A DNA stretch of 64,000 nt, from assembly GCA_963809895.1 (NCBI GenBank), contig CAWELD010000003.1, positions 2,400,001 to 2,464,000 of the forward strand, in the 5' to 3' direction. The position numbers and the translations under genes are program-made. This document shows, one piece after another, positions 62,912 to 64,000 of this stretch (the stretch's first letter is position 1; every line of letters starts with the position of its first letter). Source of the DNA: an uncultured Gemmatimonadales bacterium (GTDB taxonomy: Bacteria; Gemmatimonadota; Gemmatimonadetes; Longimicrobiales; Gaopeijiaceae). The notes beneath the pieces were generated by a model. It had not been told where the DNA came from. It saw only the letters and a program-made list of their open reading frames with translations, and searched no databases.

Positions 62912-63802
62912 TCACCGTGAGCCTCCGGCAGGCCGGGGGCCCTCATCGTCGTCGTCCAGGTTGAGAAGCAGCCGGCGCGCACCGTGGAACTGGCGCTCGG
63001 CCCAGCGGCGCCAGGAGGCAGGGGGAGGCTCCAGAACCTCGCCGGTCTCCAGCCGGTCCAGCACGCCCTCGACCTCGGCGTGCACGTCCAGGAACTTGCG
63101 GCGGTGCCCCCGGCCTGCCAGGCGCACCGCCAGCCAGCCGACCAATCCCGCCACGACCCCTCCCGAGGCGACACCCAGCGCCACGGGAGCGACCATGGAT
63201 ACGAGGAACCCCACCCCCACCCCACCGGCCGCTGCCGCCAGCCCTCCGCCGAAGGCCATGCCCCCCACGTAGTCGCCCCGGATGCCCGGGTCCACGACGA
63301 ACTCCACCATGGTGCGGCCCGGATCCACCGGCTCCAGCGTCACCTCCACCGAGCGGGCGGAGGCCACGAAGTACTTCTTGGAGGTCGCGCTGGCCGCCCG
63401 TGCCAGCTGCGAGATCCAGTCCACCGCCGGCCGGTACTGCAGGAAGGTGGGAGATCGGCGCACCCGCTGCAGGAGTCGCCCCGCCACCATGAAGTCGTCC
63501 AGCTGAGCGGACAGCTCGTCGGTGGTCCCGTCGACGACGCGGGAGGCGTGCACCAGCTCGGGCCCCAGGAGCCGATCGAGAATCTTGCCGTCGGGGGCCG
63601 CGCCGGCGCGCACCTCGGCCAGGGCCTGTCTCACGTAGCGCTCGGGGAGGCCGACCTCACGGGCGATCCGGTAGACCTCCCCCTCACCGAGATCCCCCTC
63701 TCCCTGCTCCGCCTCGCGCGCGGCCAGCTCGGAGGCACGACGGATCACCTCGTCGAACTGTGTGCGGGTCAGGCTACTCCCCGGTTGCCGTTCGTTGGTC
63801 AC
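62912..63802 (-). CDS. Hypothetical membrane protein
   Basis: FDEVIRRASEL..IAREVGL N-terminal helical motif, two Gly-rich TM helices; GTG start. Confidence 0.7.
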   Translation of the reverse strand: MTNERQPGSSLTRTQFDEVIRRASELAAREAEQGEGDLGEGEVYRIAREVGLPERYVRQALAEVRAGAAPDGKILDRLLGPELVHASRVVDGTTDELSAQLDDFMVAGRLLQRVRRSPTFLQYRPAVDWISQLARAASATSKKYFVASARSVEVTLEPVDPGRTMVEFVVDPGIRGDYVGGMAFGGGLAAAAGGVGVGFLVSMVAPVALGVASGGVVAGLVGWLAVRLAGRGHRRKFLDVHAEVEGVLDRLETGEVLEPPPASWRRWAERQFHGARRLLLNLDDDDEGPRPAGGSR

Positions 63803-63816
63803 GGGTCAAACACCTC

Positions 63817-64000
63817 TCAGAGGACCTCCACCACCACGGCGCCGCCCTGGCCCCCGCCGATGCACGCCGAGCCGACGGCGTAGCGACCACCCCGGCGGCG
63901 CAGCTCGTGCAGCAGGTGCACGGTGATGCGCGCACCCGACGCCGCCAGAGGATGCGTGAGGGCGATGGCGCCGCCGTCCACGTTGGTCTTCTCGGGATCC
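63817..64000 (-). CDS. Acetyl-CoA C-acyltransferase (thiolase), 3' end only
   Basis: Minus-strand translation [19 protein letters not shown]...[10 protein letters not shown]. Confidence 0.9.
   Translation of the reverse strand, partial: DPEKTNVDGGAIALTHPLAASGARITVHLLHELRRRGGRYAVGSACIGGGQGGAVVVEVL

Overview
A high-GC, gene-dense bacterial chromosome segment. The gene content (TIGR02999-type ECF sigma factor, PadR/ADOP permease pairs, DUF6526, many lipoproteins) is most consistent with Gemmatimonadota; this assignment is an inference. Recognisable content includes an S9 peptidase, a translationally coupled GH63-pgl-glk-HAD-gnd-zwf operon, a PIG-L deacetylase/PLP decarboxylase pair, a two-domain multicopper oxidase region, a hybrid histidine kinase, type III glutamine synthetase, MscS, recF-DUF721-gyrB, ssb, glpD, a ZIP transporter, rpsU and fatty-acyl-CoA enzymes. 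Four things stand out. (1) An uncharacterised cluster at 54.0-57.9 kb has three paralogous genes built from two unknown domains in the arrangements A, A-B and B-A, together with an RHH-like small gene, a novel 295-aa protein and a promoter/terminator-bounded ~80-nt sRNA candidate. (2) A c-di-GMP-I riboswitch with a terminator lies upstream of a 29-aa cationic sORF and an M50-CBS protease. (3) A 301-bp MITE with CTAG flanks sits just upstream of an AraC-like regulator. (4) Five apparent single-base frameshifts are probably sequencing errors. No rRNA, tRNA or CRISPR array was seen. All calls come from reading the sequence by eye; no database searches were run.
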